From Sphaerodactylus townsendi (lineage: Eukaryota): 64,000 nucleotides of DNA. The notes beneath the pieces were generated by a model. That model ran no database searches and had not been told where the DNA came from. It was given only the letters and a program-made list of their open reading frames with translations. Numbering within the stretch: position 1 is the stretch's first letter; every line of letters starts with the position of its first letter. The stretch spans positions 32,116,001-32,180,000 of the forward strand of contig NC_059437.1 of NCBI RefSeq assembly GCF_021028975.2, in the 5' to 3' direction. The position numbers and the translations under genes are program-made. This document shows positions 47,001-59,500 of this stretch, one piece after another.

Positions 47001-50000
47001 GTGGAATTTTCAGGGAAACCAGCTGCCAGAAAAGCCCTAGACAGATGTAGTGAAGGGTCCTTCTTGCTAACTACGTAAGTTTGTTTGAAGTGTGAGGAAT
47101 TTTGAGCTTGAGTAGGGAAGGAGAAATGTTCTTATTCAGTAGGGATGATGATTATGTGATTGTTGTGTTTGTTCACATATAAGAATTACAAGTGTGATAG
47201 TCACTAGCAGTGGATGATGGTTCATGGTGATAGAAAGTGCTATCAAGTTGCAGCTGACCTATGGCAACCCATAGGGCAGGGGTAGGGAACCTGCGGCTCT
47301 CCAGATGTTCAGGAACTACAATTCCCATCAGCCTCTGTCAGCATGGCCAATTGGCCATGCTGGTAGGGGCTGATGGGAATTGTAGTTCCTGAACATCTGG
47401 AGAGCCGCAGGTTCCCTACCCCTGCCATAGGGTTTTCAAGGCATGAGATGTTCAGAGGTGTTTTACTGCTGTCTGTCTCTGTGTGGTTTCCCATCCAAAT
47501 AATAACCAGGGCCAGCCCAGGTTAGTTTCTGAGATCTGATAAGATTAGGCTAGCCTGGCTTATCTAGGTTGGGGTGGATGGCGGTTACCCTCTCCTAAAC
47601 TGAATTTGCAACTAAACTGGTAGTTTTAGTCTTCAGCAATCATTCAAAATTTCTGCTGAATTTTTTGCCAGGTTCCCTCGTCCTGTTACTGTGGAGCCCA
47701 TGGACCAGTATGATGATGAGGAAGGTTTGCCAGAAAAACTGGTAATCAAAAATCAGCAATATCACAAGTAAGTGCTGAAGGCAGGAGAAAAAGTTATCTT
47801 TATTCCCTTAATGAAAGAGGTGGCTCTTAAAACTCAAACCTGTGCTGGCAGACACGCGTTTGTTAGCCTTGCCCTTTACTGTCCTGTCCAGCTTTTTTAT
47901 GAAAGAGTATGTCAGTTAGATGGAGTAAAGCATTGTAAAGACAAAGCTAGGCATCTGGTTTTCTTTAAAGATGCACATACGAGCTAGTGTTCTCAGAATT
48001 TGGCACATGGCTGCAATCACCCCATTCTGTAATTCTTACTCATTGGTTGCCCCCTAGTTGATTAGACTCTTCCATCTTTCAGGGAGCGTGAACAGCCTCC
48101 TCGGTTTGCACAGCCTGGCTCCTTTGAATATGAGTATGCCATGCGTTGGAAGGCCCTGATTGAGATGGAGAAGCAGCAGCAAGATCAAGTGGACCGAAAC
48201 ATCAAAGAAGCACGGGAGAAACTGGAGATGGAGATGGAGGCAGCTCGTCATGAACACCAGGTCATGCTTATGAGACAAGGTGAGCACCACTTGTACTTTC
48301 AGACCATGACTAGCAGGGGAAATCCAGCAAGTGGAATGGTCCAGGTAATGAAAGGATGTGGACTTATTTTCTTATGAATGCTTTTCCAGACTTAATGAGG
48401 CGCCAGGAAGAATTGAGGAGAATGGAGGAGCTGCACAATCAGGAAGTGCAAAAGCGTAAACAGCTGGAACTTAGGTAAGCAGGAAGGGGAGTTAAGCCAG
48501 TCCTGTGATGAAGGCAGGCTGCACAACAGGACTGTTGTGATTAGTCCTAACTCTATGTAGTGTGGGTTTCTTGCTTACAGTTTGTTTCCTGCAGAGCTAA
48601 ATGATCTGCACCTCCTTTATAGCATAGCTTGGAATATGCCACTGGCTCTCATATGTGGCCTTCCTTCGAGATGGGTGACCTTTGAGCTTGCCTGACCAGT
48701 ACCTGTATCATTCTTCTGTTTTTGGGATGTAGGTGATTAGCGGCGACTGGACATGTTATACCAGGCTACCTCCTGTAGGATTCTTCTCTGGTCCTATGTA
48801 GCTTGCTTCTGAAGGAGGAAGCTGTCTCCACTGGTGTGTTTGGAGCTCTGGGCCAGAACAACTGCCTGGTGCATCTCACTGTACAGGTTGCTGAGTGCTA
48901 ACTAGATTATCCAGAGAAAATTGTGCTAAAATGAGTATAAGCAAGCTGACCTTTGATGGCTCTCCAATCAGTGAGACTATTTGGGAGTTTCCCTTGCAGG
49001 CAAGAGGAGGAGCGTAGACGCCGTGAAGAAGACATGAGGCGGCAGCAGGAGGAAATGATGAGGCGACAGCAGGAAGGATTCAAGGGATCCTTCTCTGATG
49101 CGGTAGGCACCACCCTTTCTTGCCCGGGATGGGGATAGGAGAGGCTAATGGGCTGGTTTGGCTTCTGATCTGGGCAAAGGACTGCAATGTAAAGCCCCTT
49201 CTTCAGACCTTCTTTAATGACTCTTCTAGAGGTCTAAGTATGGAGAGGCCTTTGTCAAATGACGTTGTCACTTAGATTTGTGTGTCTTTCAGAGGGAGCC
49301 TCCAGATATGCGCATGGGACAGATGGGCATGGGAGGTAAGTTGCTATTGCATTCAAAAAAGATACCTTGGTAACTGGTAGTTTTTGATGTTTGTTCTTTA
49401 TGCTGATATGTTTTCTCAGTAGACTTCCTATTGGATGTTAGCTTGTGGTAATTCTTTTAAAAATTCTATCCATTCTGTAACTTGCGTAAGTTGGAGTGCT
49501 CCCTGTATCAGCCCACTGCCAGGTGTGTTCTTCTAGTCAGGTCCTGTGTGAGGGTGAAAACTGTGGTCCCTTGCAGTTCTCATCAGAGGCTATGATGACT
49601 TTTCTGTACCCACTCCCCTGGTCCACTATTGTAAAATTCTGTTTTTCTTTAAGTTTCTTTTTGCAAGGACTGCCAGGCTCCCCTTTGTCCTTTGGTTTAT
49701 GAATTGACAGAAGAAATATGAACTGCCACTATACTTGTCTTTTGTTTGCTTTCTGTTATTCATGTTGTTGCTAGATTTAATTTGGAGTCCGTGAACCAGC
49801 CATTGAAAAGTGGCATAATAGTGCCTGAAATAGTTTATTTGACTCCCAATTTGGACTGGGGGGGTTGTTGTCTCACAATCTCTTCATATAATACAAATGG
49901 TAAAAACATTTAAAAGCATACCTATACATTATGATTTTTCTAATACAAGATGGCAATAAACAACATTCCATCTCTTTGAGAAATTAATGGTAGACTTGAT

Positions 50001-51709
50001 GGAACCTACAAAACAACAAAAGCAAAGCAACAAAAGCAGAGAGAGAAAGTAGTGGTGGTTAGAGATGTAGCTTAAAATGTGGACAGTCCAAAAGATAAAC
50101 AGCTCTGGTGGTAACCATCTGCAAGGAGGAAACTGCTGCAGGAATGCCTCCTAGAGGTGGGTTGTTGAAAAGCCTAGGGAACAAGGCTTGCTGTGATGAG
50201 CTCACAGCTAAAATTCCAAGCCTTGGCCACAAACTGGAGTAGCCTGTTTACCTGTTCAGGAAGTGTAACAGCTGAAACGTGCTTTCCAGTTGTTCATTTC
50301 TACCCCTTCCTTGCTGAGTTTTCAGTGTGCAGCCAGCCCCCACCCCCCCAATACATATCAAAAATACTGTTTACTTTTTTCTACAGGTGCTATAGGAATG
50401 AATAACAGGGGTACAATGGGGGGGACCAGTGTTCCAGCAGGACCGCCTCCAGCAACTGGTCCTGGTCCAATGATTCCTGATGGAGCCATGGGAATGGTAA
50501 TGTCAGAATCAGACTTCATAAGAATTGGAATTGGGAGGGATTTAACTTTCTAATCCAAAGATCTGCATTTGTTTACAGACACACACCTCTTTTACAAACT
50601 TATTTGCATTGTCCAGACAAAGATGTTTTTATAGTAGAAGACATGTGAAAACTTTCAGAGCAAATCGGACCATATCCTACAGGGATAATGGGATAATGAC
50701 CCAATTTTGATCTTTCCTCTAATGCCTGCCAACAAAACACAACAAAAAAGCATTGCTTGTCCATATTCTTAGCATACATCCCTGCTAGTCACAACAAAGG
50801 GCACTCCCCTAAACACTTAACCCTGTTATCCTTTCTTCAGAGGATCTTGGCACAGAGGAGTCTGTTCTCCTCCATCCTTCTCCTGTGATGTAAGTGAGGC
50901 TAAAAGATGGTCACCTCATGAGCTACCTGGTAGCTTGGGCTTGAGTTTTGGGTTAGCATTCCAACCACTACACTACCTGGGAGATGTCATGAATAGAGCA
51001 ATGCACTTTTTAGCTGTCGCCGGCTTTGAGAAACTAGTCAAGGATGTCTCAAAGAGATTGAAAATGCAGTCCGTGACAGACTTGCCTGGTGATGTGTCCC
51101 ACTAACTGCAGGTCATGGCCAGAGGGTCACAACCAAATGGGTGTTAGAACATCTACCTGCCATAACTTTTGTCTTCTGCCATGGGCGGTGGGGGTGGTTG
51201 TTTCATCCCCACAACAAAAAGGGATGCTGCAGATTCTCCAGTTTATTGTTAATATATTTTGATGACCATCTGAAATAAGGCACTGGTATCCCCAACATTT
51301 ATTCTAAATGTTCAGGCTCCTTGGGCAGAGCTAGTGTGGAATGTCTTGTCTTAGAGGTAGTGCAGAGTGGCTTCTGTATGTGTTCTACATACATGTGTCC
51401 CTGAGAAATGCAAACATTAAGAACTAATATATACTTTGTGCTTGAGTTTTCCTAATGGGGTATTTGAGGAATAGGGAGGAGCTTACAACCTTGAAGCTGC
51501 TTAGACAGTAGAGTTGCGGTGGTCTGTGAGGGATTTTCTAACGCAAGCTTTCCCCCCTTCTCTTAAACAAGACACCACCACCACCTACGGATCGCTTTGG
51601 TCAAGGCACTGCGATGGAAGGCCTTGGAACCATGGGAGGAAATGCGCCAGGATTCAACAGAGGAGCTTCTGGGGGAGATTTTGGCCCAAACAAGCGTCGT
51701 CGATACTAA
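43960..51709 (+). CDS. NONO: Non-POU domain-containing octamer-binding protein (DBHS family), 10 coding exons, 1407 nt, 468 aa
   Basis: [18 protein letters not shown] with an HQ tract; RRM1 ([15 protein letters not shown]); RRM2; NOPS; coiled coil; C-terminal NLS PNKRRRY*. Exons 43960-44098, 45953-46146, 46773-47074, 47672-47767, 48083-48279, 48390-48474, 49000-49102, 49293-49335, 50387-50496, 51572-51709. Confidence 0.97.
45953..46146 (+). CDS. NONO: NONO coding exon 2 (RRM1)
   Basis: [29 protein letters not shown]...FGFIRL. Confidence 0.96.
46773..47074 (+). CDS. NONO: NONO coding exon 3
   Basis: [32 protein letters not shown]...SFLLT. Confidence 0.96.
47230..47570 (-). mobile_element. 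5S rRNA-derived SINE remnant
   Basis: The reverse complement of about 47487-47556 resembles 5S (gatctcagaaactaacctgggctggccctggttattatttggatggga). Similar degraded heads at about 23722-23770 (+) and 16815-16870 (-). Confidence 0.6.
47277..47424. mobile_element. Palindromic hAT-type MITE nested in a 5S-derived SINE, in a NONO intron
   Basis: caggggtagggaacc...ggttccctacccctg; 8-bp TSD ccataggg. Confidence 0.9.
47672..47767 (+). CDS. NONO: NONO coding exon 4
   Basis: [31 protein letters not shown]. Confidence 0.95.
48083..48279 (+). CDS. NONO: NONO coding exon 5
   Basis: [25 protein letters not shown]...MLMRQ. Confidence 0.95.
48390..48474 (+). CDS. NONO: NONO coding exon 6
   Basis: [28 protein letters not shown]. 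Confidence 0.95.
49000..49102 (+). CDS. NONO: NONO coding exon 7
   Basis: [34 protein letters not shown]. Confidence 0.95.
49293..49335 (+). CDS. NONO: NONO coding exon 8
   Basis: [14 protein letters not shown]. Confidence 0.92.
50387..50496 (+). CDS. NONO: NONO coding exon 9
   Basis: [13 protein letters not shown]...MIPDGAMGM. Confidence 0.92.
51572..51709 (+). CDS. NONO: NONO last coding exon
   Basis: [17 protein letters not shown]...FGPNKRRRY*; AAG acceptor after a pyrimidine tract. Confidence 0.92.
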   Translation, partial: TPPPPTDRFGQGTAMEGLGTMGGNAPGFNRGASGGDFGPNKRRRY

Positions 51710-52413
51710 TAGGGGGAGGTGGGTTGCCAGTGTCTCAGCCAACTCCCCAAAGGGGCTGACCTTGGCAAAGGGGTACACAGCCAGACTTTGTAAAGGGTTT
51801 AGCAAACACCACAAGGTGCATTCCTACAAACCACAATGTGAAAATGGATCCCAGGAGGCTTCAGTAGCTACGTAGTGTCAGACCAGGCCTAGGACCTTGC
51901 TGTCTTTCTCATTCCCAAGCACCTCGACACAGGTTCATCCCTCCCAGCTAACTCAGCTGCAGTTGCAGGATTTCCTGTTTAACCTCAGCCTCCTGAAGGC
52001 ATGTCTTCTGGGTGCTGGGTTAGAGCCTGTAGGTATGTACACATGGGTAGCTTCAAATGGTTTATCATGTAGAGGGAGGGGGGATTTTAAGAAAAAAAAG
52101 TGTAGCTTTTTACGTTATTTTCTGGACCATTTTTCTTTACTGTAGCTGGTTGGTGCAGGCAGGAGAGACCGGTAGTGGTGGTGGTTTGCAGATGAATTAT
52201 TCAATGTGTTGTACCATTTATTTTTTACTGGTAGAAAAGAACAATCTGTTGGACAAGAGAATAATACAATTTCCTGTTAAAGATTCAATTGAAACAATTT
52301 GTATAACCCTAACCTTACCTGTTTTGTGTAGAAGTATGAGACTTTGTGTGAACCTGAGCTGTAATTGTCCACTAACAGGTTGAGTTTGTCTGAAGACTGT
52401 TTCAGGAATGCAC

Positions 52414-52419
52414 ATTAAA
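52414..52419 (+). terminator. NONO: Probable NONO polyadenylation signal (ATTAAA)
   Basis: ATTAAA about 700 nt after the stop, followed by GU-rich sequence. Confidence 0.5.
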
Positions 52420-55400
52420 AGGGATTTTAAGCCTTTTTCATCTTGTGTGTGGTGGTCTCTTCTGCTTCATGAGATGGTACATTTCTCCTTTTCTGCCACT
52501 AGAGGGGGGTCAAGCAGTTGGCTTTTCAGACTTTCTTGGAAATGGCAGCCAAATCATCAATCTCTGGGATTTTGTGCTTCAGAATCTTCCTATCTGCTTT
52601 TCTGTTTTGTTTCTGCCTTTGCAAAATCCATGTGCTGTTTCTTGTCTACTGGCTGTGTGGACAGTTCTAGTATTCACCAGATGCCTTTGTTTTCAATTTT
52701 GTTGGCTTCTTAGAAGTCAGTGTGGCATCTAGTAATTAATACCTATATGGGGATGAACAGGTTAAAATCTTCACTCAGACCTGAAGTTCATGAAGTGTCT
52801 TTGGGCCAGTAGTTCTCAATCTGACCTGTTTCACTGAAGATAAAAGTGGAGGAGGGGAAAGGCTGATAGGTTGCCCTTAGCTCTTTAAAGGGTTTTTATG
52901 TCAGATAGAAAAGTTTTTATGTGGGACCTTAGGGTCCAGGTAGGAGTAGAGAAAGATGCCACACTTGTGCCTCTCTCTGGGGCCCTCATGGGAATGCAGG
53001 CTGCCTGTCAGAGTCTGCAGGAGAATGAATAAAAGTCCTCCTGTAAAAGCAGTCATTTTTCAACTGTTTCCTCCAGGGGTAGATAAATTGATTTGGAAGG
53101 AGCAAGAGTTTATCTGCAAAATAATGAGTTAGGTGCACTGGAGCCAAAAGCAAGAGTCCTTTAGCAAAGGTCTGTTTTTGCTATAGCAAGATACTATCTG
53201 CTGGAGAAAAATATTAATGCTCTTGCCTAAATAAATGAAACAGTTTTGGCAGCCATGAAAGCCACACTTTCTATTCGCAATGCAACTCAATACCAAGCAT
53301 TGCCCATGTTGTTGGCTGCTAATAGTCCATAGTTTGCTGCCTACAATCCTCGGCTTGCTGCTTCAGTGGTATCTGGGCACAGCGGGGCTGGGCATAAAGA
53401 ACCTCCTGTTGCAGGTCAGTGTAAAGGCAAGCCAGCTCTCACAAGTAGACTTCTGAAGTAAGTTCACAGCAGCTTGCCTCCTGTCTAGAAATGTTCTGGG
53501 AAGCTGCAGTCAACCAGTCGGAACCTGTTGTAAACAGCATAATCCAAGATAAGAGCTAGCCCAGATAACCTCTTTCCGTAAGAACCTCAGCCCTATATAA
53601 ACAAGGTGTGCTGGATGATAGCAGAGGAAGGGGCTCTGGCAGTGCTCAAAGTTCATCCAGACTCCAAGCATTGTCAGCTGTGGAGTTCTTTGCACAGCAG
53701 GGCTGTTGGCCACTGGAACTGTTGGTATGTAGATATCTTTAATTTTTCTCAAGAATTGGGCTGAGGGTATGAGTAACGTCATCAATTATTCAGCTACAAT
53801 GTTGTGTTTCCAGTACTTGCAATTCCATTTGGGTTTAATTGCATGAGGAGTGGGAGATGAGAGAAAATGGCAGCCAACAAATTGGGAGGGGCCCTTTTTG
53901 CCCACTCCTTTCATACCAGTAATGATATGGCAGCAAGTTTTCAACTGGACTGCAGCTTAATATTCTGGAGTTCTGTAAAGCATCCAGCAGATTATTCCCC
54001 TTCCCCAGCTGGGCAGGAATGTGACCTTGCAAATGCTGAGGCTTCCTGACCGTGGGGAAACGGGCATGTTTAACAAGGTCTACAGTGGATTATGTGGATG
54101 CTTCACCACAGCCACGCATCCTCTTTTGAGTTACAATGTGTAGAAAGCTGTTGACAGCATTCTTTGCAACTGCTTGTGAATGTAACCATATCAAGGGAAT
54201 TTGTTCCTCTTCAAATGGAGGTGCTTTGCCTTCAAACCTTCTGCCCTCAACTGCATAACAGCTATTGTATCTGAATGAGCTTCCTCCCATCTAATGTACA
54301 GAGGTTAGTTGAACAGCTACCACAGAAGCACTATTAGTATTCTTTGAGGCTGGCATGAAAGAGAAAGGCATGGTGAGGAGTAGAAAGGGCAGCTGAGGTT
54401 ACTTGGCATGAGGCTGTCAGGAGTGGTAATCAACTGGAATTTCACCCGTGCATAAACTTGGCAGGCAGAGCTCAGCTGCATGGTAATCACCGACATGTAG
54501 CCTGGATTGTCCTTAGCCTTCCAAGGATCCCTGAACACGATAAGCACATGTTCTGTAGATTAATATATCTGAAGAAGTGTGCATGCGCATGAAAGTTCAT
54601 ACCAAGAATAAAATTTTGTTGGTCTTAAAGGTGCCACTGGCTCAAGCTTTTTTCTACATCTTCTGTAGGTTTCAGTATTTTTAAAATTGTCTGTCATGCT
54701 ACATACTTGTTTTGACCCAAGTTACCAATACACATTGCTGTTAACAAAATTCCATTGGCAGGCTGAATCTAAAATGTAAAAACAGTAGCCAGGCTATTTG
54801 ATTGGTATGCTGATGTGGTAAAAACTGTTCTAAAGACTGTGACCCATGGAGCAACCTGGCCCATGATGGAGCCTCCCTCCCCACTTATTCTCTGTATTGT
54901 CTCACTTTGGAAGTTTTCTGTTGTGGCAAGTACTTTAGCTTTGGCATGGCCATTATCTCTGATGGCTTTTATTATAGGTACTTTATCATTGCCCTGCAAA
55001 GCCAGCTAAGGTAATGATCACTATTACTTCTTTCTACTGATAATTCTTTGTGTCACATGGAGATATCTTAGTCCTTGTCATCCATTCCTGACTTTTGAGA
55101 GTTCATTCTCCAGACATTTCATCTTTCAAATAGCTTATATTTTCTTGCATGGATCTGATCTCATTGCAATCCCAGGCAAAGGTTAAACATCAGCAGTGGA
55201 TGGATTTCTGACGGACATCAGCACCACCTCCTGGATCCCAGCTGCCTGGAGAGAGCAAGGAGACAACCCTGATCAGAAACAGAATGTGAAGGGTTCACAG
55301 TGGAACCTACCCTGCCCTGCTTATGTACACCTCTGATAGTTCAGTCTGATGTACTTGTGGCCACATAGGAGTCTGGACCAACTTCTTCTGAATCATGAAA

Positions 55401-56507
55401 TGCATCTATATACTAGGAATGAATACAAATAAAAATACCTTTTGTTCAAAAAGATAATTGTGTATAATGTTGATATAAAATACTCATACCTGATAAGTCC
55501 ATTTTTAAATGGATAGTTGCCATGAACAAGGTCTGGGAAGATTCCTTCCCCCACACACACCAACAAACAGCTGTAAGAGTAAATATGTCCACACAACTTT
55601 ACCAGCAGCACTTCCTGGAAAGGGGGTGGGCACTTGTGCGGCTTTGATGGCACAGAGAGTGCTCCCCAGCCTGCAGGAATAGACCAAGATCTATCAGAAT
55701 TGCTGCCTGTCACGGAAGCCTTACTAGAAAACGTGGCAACCTTCAATAACTGTGGGGTCACCTCACTTTGAACCTACCCTGTAGATTCCCCTTTAAGAGT
55801 ACCTGCAGCGAGAAGCAGCTGATCATAATTAGCACCAGGTAATGAATAGCTCCACCTGTGAATGTCTGTAGTGCATTCCCTCCCAACCCAGGCTGACTTT
55901 TTCTGTGGTAATTCAAAGGGCATCTCTTGGTCTCTGGTTAGATTGTTGAGGACACAAGTTTGATTGCCTCCATTCCTCTAGCACCCCCTTAAAAGATTTC
56001 TATCCGCTCAATCCTCTGACAGCATTGTTATGTAGTGCTCATCTTCCAAGACTGGACTGGAGGAGCAGACTGCTGTTCATGGACTAATGATTGATTGCTC
56101 CTCCCCACCCTCCTTTCTCCATAAGAGTCTGGGTGTAGCATTTCTCTGTAACATCAGCTGCCTGAAGCACGATGGAAGAGTCATGCCCCACCCCATTTAC
56201 TTCGCCCAGGCTTCTTGTGTTTGCTGCATACACACCCCAGGGAGGATGTATGGCTCATCTCTACATTCTGGGCCCTTTCTCATGTTGCAGACATCATAAT
56301 CCACCCATCATATTCCATAAAGATTCATATAATTGTTGCTGTTCTCCCACACCCAGCACCAATTCCTTCTGTGCAGAAATAAACTATTCAGAGACAGTGG
56401 GAGAAAGCTGGCTGGATCTGCTAACTCCTTCTTGGCTTTAACTATGTTTCTGTCCCCCACCCTAGAAATCTGCTTTGGACCCCTGCACTTTTCTTGCCTT
56501 CACAGAG

Positions 56508-56577
56508 ATGCCTTCTGAACAAACCAGAGTTCACCCACTGGTGCAAATGCTTATTGATTTCACCGCAGGGGCTGCAG
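56508..56577 (+). CDS. SLC25A15-like coding exon 1
   Basis: [23 protein letters not shown]; donor CAG|gtgagt. Confidence 0.85.
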
Positions 56578-59500
56578 GTGAGTCTGAGAGATGGGAGATT
56601 GATAAATGGAGCACATCCCCTCTGAAGGAGATCAGTACAGTAAACCTTTATTAGGAGATCATTAAAGACCAAGGATGGTCCGTTGGGGTGGACTTGGGGC
56701 CCTAACTGCAAAGTATAGGAAAGTGTTTATGATGTGGATAAGAATGATGGAAGACTCAGTTCCAAAGTGAGGAATAGGGAAGGACTCTTGTGGATCTGGG
56801 ATGGGTTGGAAGAGTGGTCTATCCAGTGGTGGGATCCAAAAATTTTAGTAACAGGTTCCCATGGTGGTGGGATTCAAACTGTGGCGTAGCGCCAATGGGG
56901 CTGGGCGGGGCACGATGGGGGCATGGCCGGGCATTCTGGGGGCAGGGCATTCCTGGAGGCAGAGGGCTGCTTGCTTGAGGCCATGACGCAGCTGCTGCAC
57001 TGTAGTCCTTGAAGCCCAGAGAGCTTAGATGCACGCAGGCGCAGGCTGCCATGAACGCCGGTGCATCTCCTGCTAGACTGCTTCAAGTTCTGTGTGCTAC
57101 TGCTGAGAGGAGGGGTGTAACTAAGACAAAAATCACATGGCAAAATCACCAATTAGTAAGCCCCTCTCAGCACACACAAATAATTAGTAACCTACTCTCG
57201 GGAACCTGTGAGAACCTGTGGGATCCCACCTCTGGGTCTATCTATGATCTTTAATCGATGCTCAGTTCCACATAAAGTTGATAATTCAGTCAGTTGAGCT
57301 GCAGCAGTTGAGAAAGTTGTATGCATCCACATTAGAATATAGTCCTGAACGAATATGAGAATTATCATGCATTTTCACGAACTGTCTTTCCCAAACCATT
57401 ATTTTGTGCATTATTGAACATGGTAATTTGATATGTTTTATGGCATAAAATTTTGTTGGCCTTAAAGGTGCCACTGACTCAAGCTTTTTTCTACATCTTC
57501 TGTAGATTTAGAAGTTTATGCCAAAATTTATTTTTACTTTCAAACTTTAGAATGGATGAGGGGAGAGGAAGTAGTGTGAGATAGGCACTAGGACCCTGGT
57601 GGAGCATTCTACAACAAAGAAGGTCCAGCATGCTTTGTTCTGTGGTGGAGAAATATACAATCTACTGTCATCTTTATGTAGAACAGAGTATAGCTTGGAT
57701 AACCTTGTTGTTATTCTTTTTGCCTGAATGGCTGAAAGAACCCTAACTCTGATCTGCACTACTAAACTGTGCTGCCCACAACATGCTAGACAGGCCAGCT
57801 TAGCAGCCTTGGGCTACAGCTTTCCTCCAGTTGTCAGCTTACTAAGTGAAAGAGGCAGGGAAGTAGAAACAGTTTGTGGCAACAGGATTTATTGGCAGGC
57901 CTTATAACAGTACTGCACTACCAGCTTTGCTGATCTTCTCAAACTGGTCTTCTGACCAAGCTGATGGATGACCATAAGTGTTCCTGTAGTCCAGACACAT
58001 TAGTTCAGGAGAGGCTCCATTCTAGTTGCTTAGAAAAATGTCCATCATGTTGGTGAGTGCAGAAGTCAGGGGCTCTCATTTTGGAGTTCTCTATCCAGTT
58101 ACGTTTCACATGGTAGCTTTGGAAAGGTGTGGATTACAGTAGATTTTGGAAACATGAAATGATGGGATTCATTGCAGGAGGAGTAGCCTGTGTGGTGAGC
58201 GGACAGCCCTTTGACACCATCAAGGTGAAGATGCAGACATTTCCAGCCATGTACCGTGGCTTCTTCGACTGCTCAGTCAAGACCTACCAGCAGGAGGGCA
58301 TGTATGGTCTCTACCAGGGCACCACCCCTGCCTTGCTGGCCAACATTGCCGAGAATGCGGTGCTGTTTGCCTGCTATGGGTTTTGCCAGCAATTGGTGAG
58401 GCAGCTCTTTGGATTGGGCAACATTGTGGAGCTCAGGTAGGGAAATTTCTTGTGCATGAGCTTGATAGCGCAGACACGAAATGGTACTCAGCCCCAAGAG
58501 GAAGTGGCCTAGTGGTGGTGCCTCCAAGTAGGGCCTTCACTGTGTTGGCTCCTTTTGGCTGGCAAAACACAACCTGCAATAGGGATTTTAGGAGTCTCGA
58601 GGGTCTAGTTCAGATCTGCTTCTTAGTATGGGTTGGAGATGAGTTTCGTAATTGTTTTTCTCCTGTTGAGGATCTCTCTTCCATTACAGTGACTGGCACA
58701 GTGCGATTGCTGGCTCCTTCTCCTCCGTGTTCTCCTCCATGGTTCTATGTCCCACAGAGTTAGTGAAATGCCGGATGCAAGCTCTCCATGAGATGAAAGT
58801 TACAGGACAGACAACTCTTTCACAACGCAGGTACTCAGAGACAAGTCACAGAAGTTCCGTTTAGGAGCCACGACCCATAGCTGTCAATAGAATGTTCTTT
58901 CTCAAAGCTGTTGAACTCCTTTTAAGGGTCACGTTGTGACTGTTGATGTATCTTGTAGTCGATTAGTTTCTCAAATTAATCCTGTATTGCAAGCAGAAGT
59001 TATATTTACATTTCATTTTGCTTGGATTATTACTGCATTAAGTGTGTACAGTTAGTTTCTTTCTTCCTCCACTCGGTTTATGGGTCACAGGATTTCCCTC
59101 CATCTTGCAGCTCCACGTGGGCCGTGGTGAAAGCCATCTTCCAGTCAGAGGGCCCCCTGGGTTTCTTCCAAGGCCTGACCAGTACGTGGCTGCGGGAGGT
59201 GCCTGGCTATTTCTTCTTCTTTGGGGGTTACGAAGTCAGTCGCAGCTTCTTTCTCCAGGCTGGGCAGTCAAAGGAGGAGTTGGGTAAGCAACATTAATGG
59301 GGACCTCAGGATGAAGGAATTTGAGAAGAGGACAAAGCAGAATGTGGTACATCAAGACTGCCTGATAAGTGCAACTTGATGTTACTGGTTGTCAGAGGTG
59401 TAGCTATAAGGGGACACGGTGTGTGCCATGTACCGGGCGCGCACCGGTGGGGGCAGAAAATCACCCCTGACCCTTCCCCCTTGCCCCGCCCCTGCCCCAC

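Noticed and set aside
47487-47556. 5S rRNA gene
   Set aside because: Partial, heavily diverged and joined to a SINE body; not a functional rRNA gene.
58129-58177. ORF-track start [16 protein letters not shown] for the carrier
   Set aside because: Intronic read-through. A proper first coding exon (56508-56577) supplies the conserved IDFTAGAA in the right phase.
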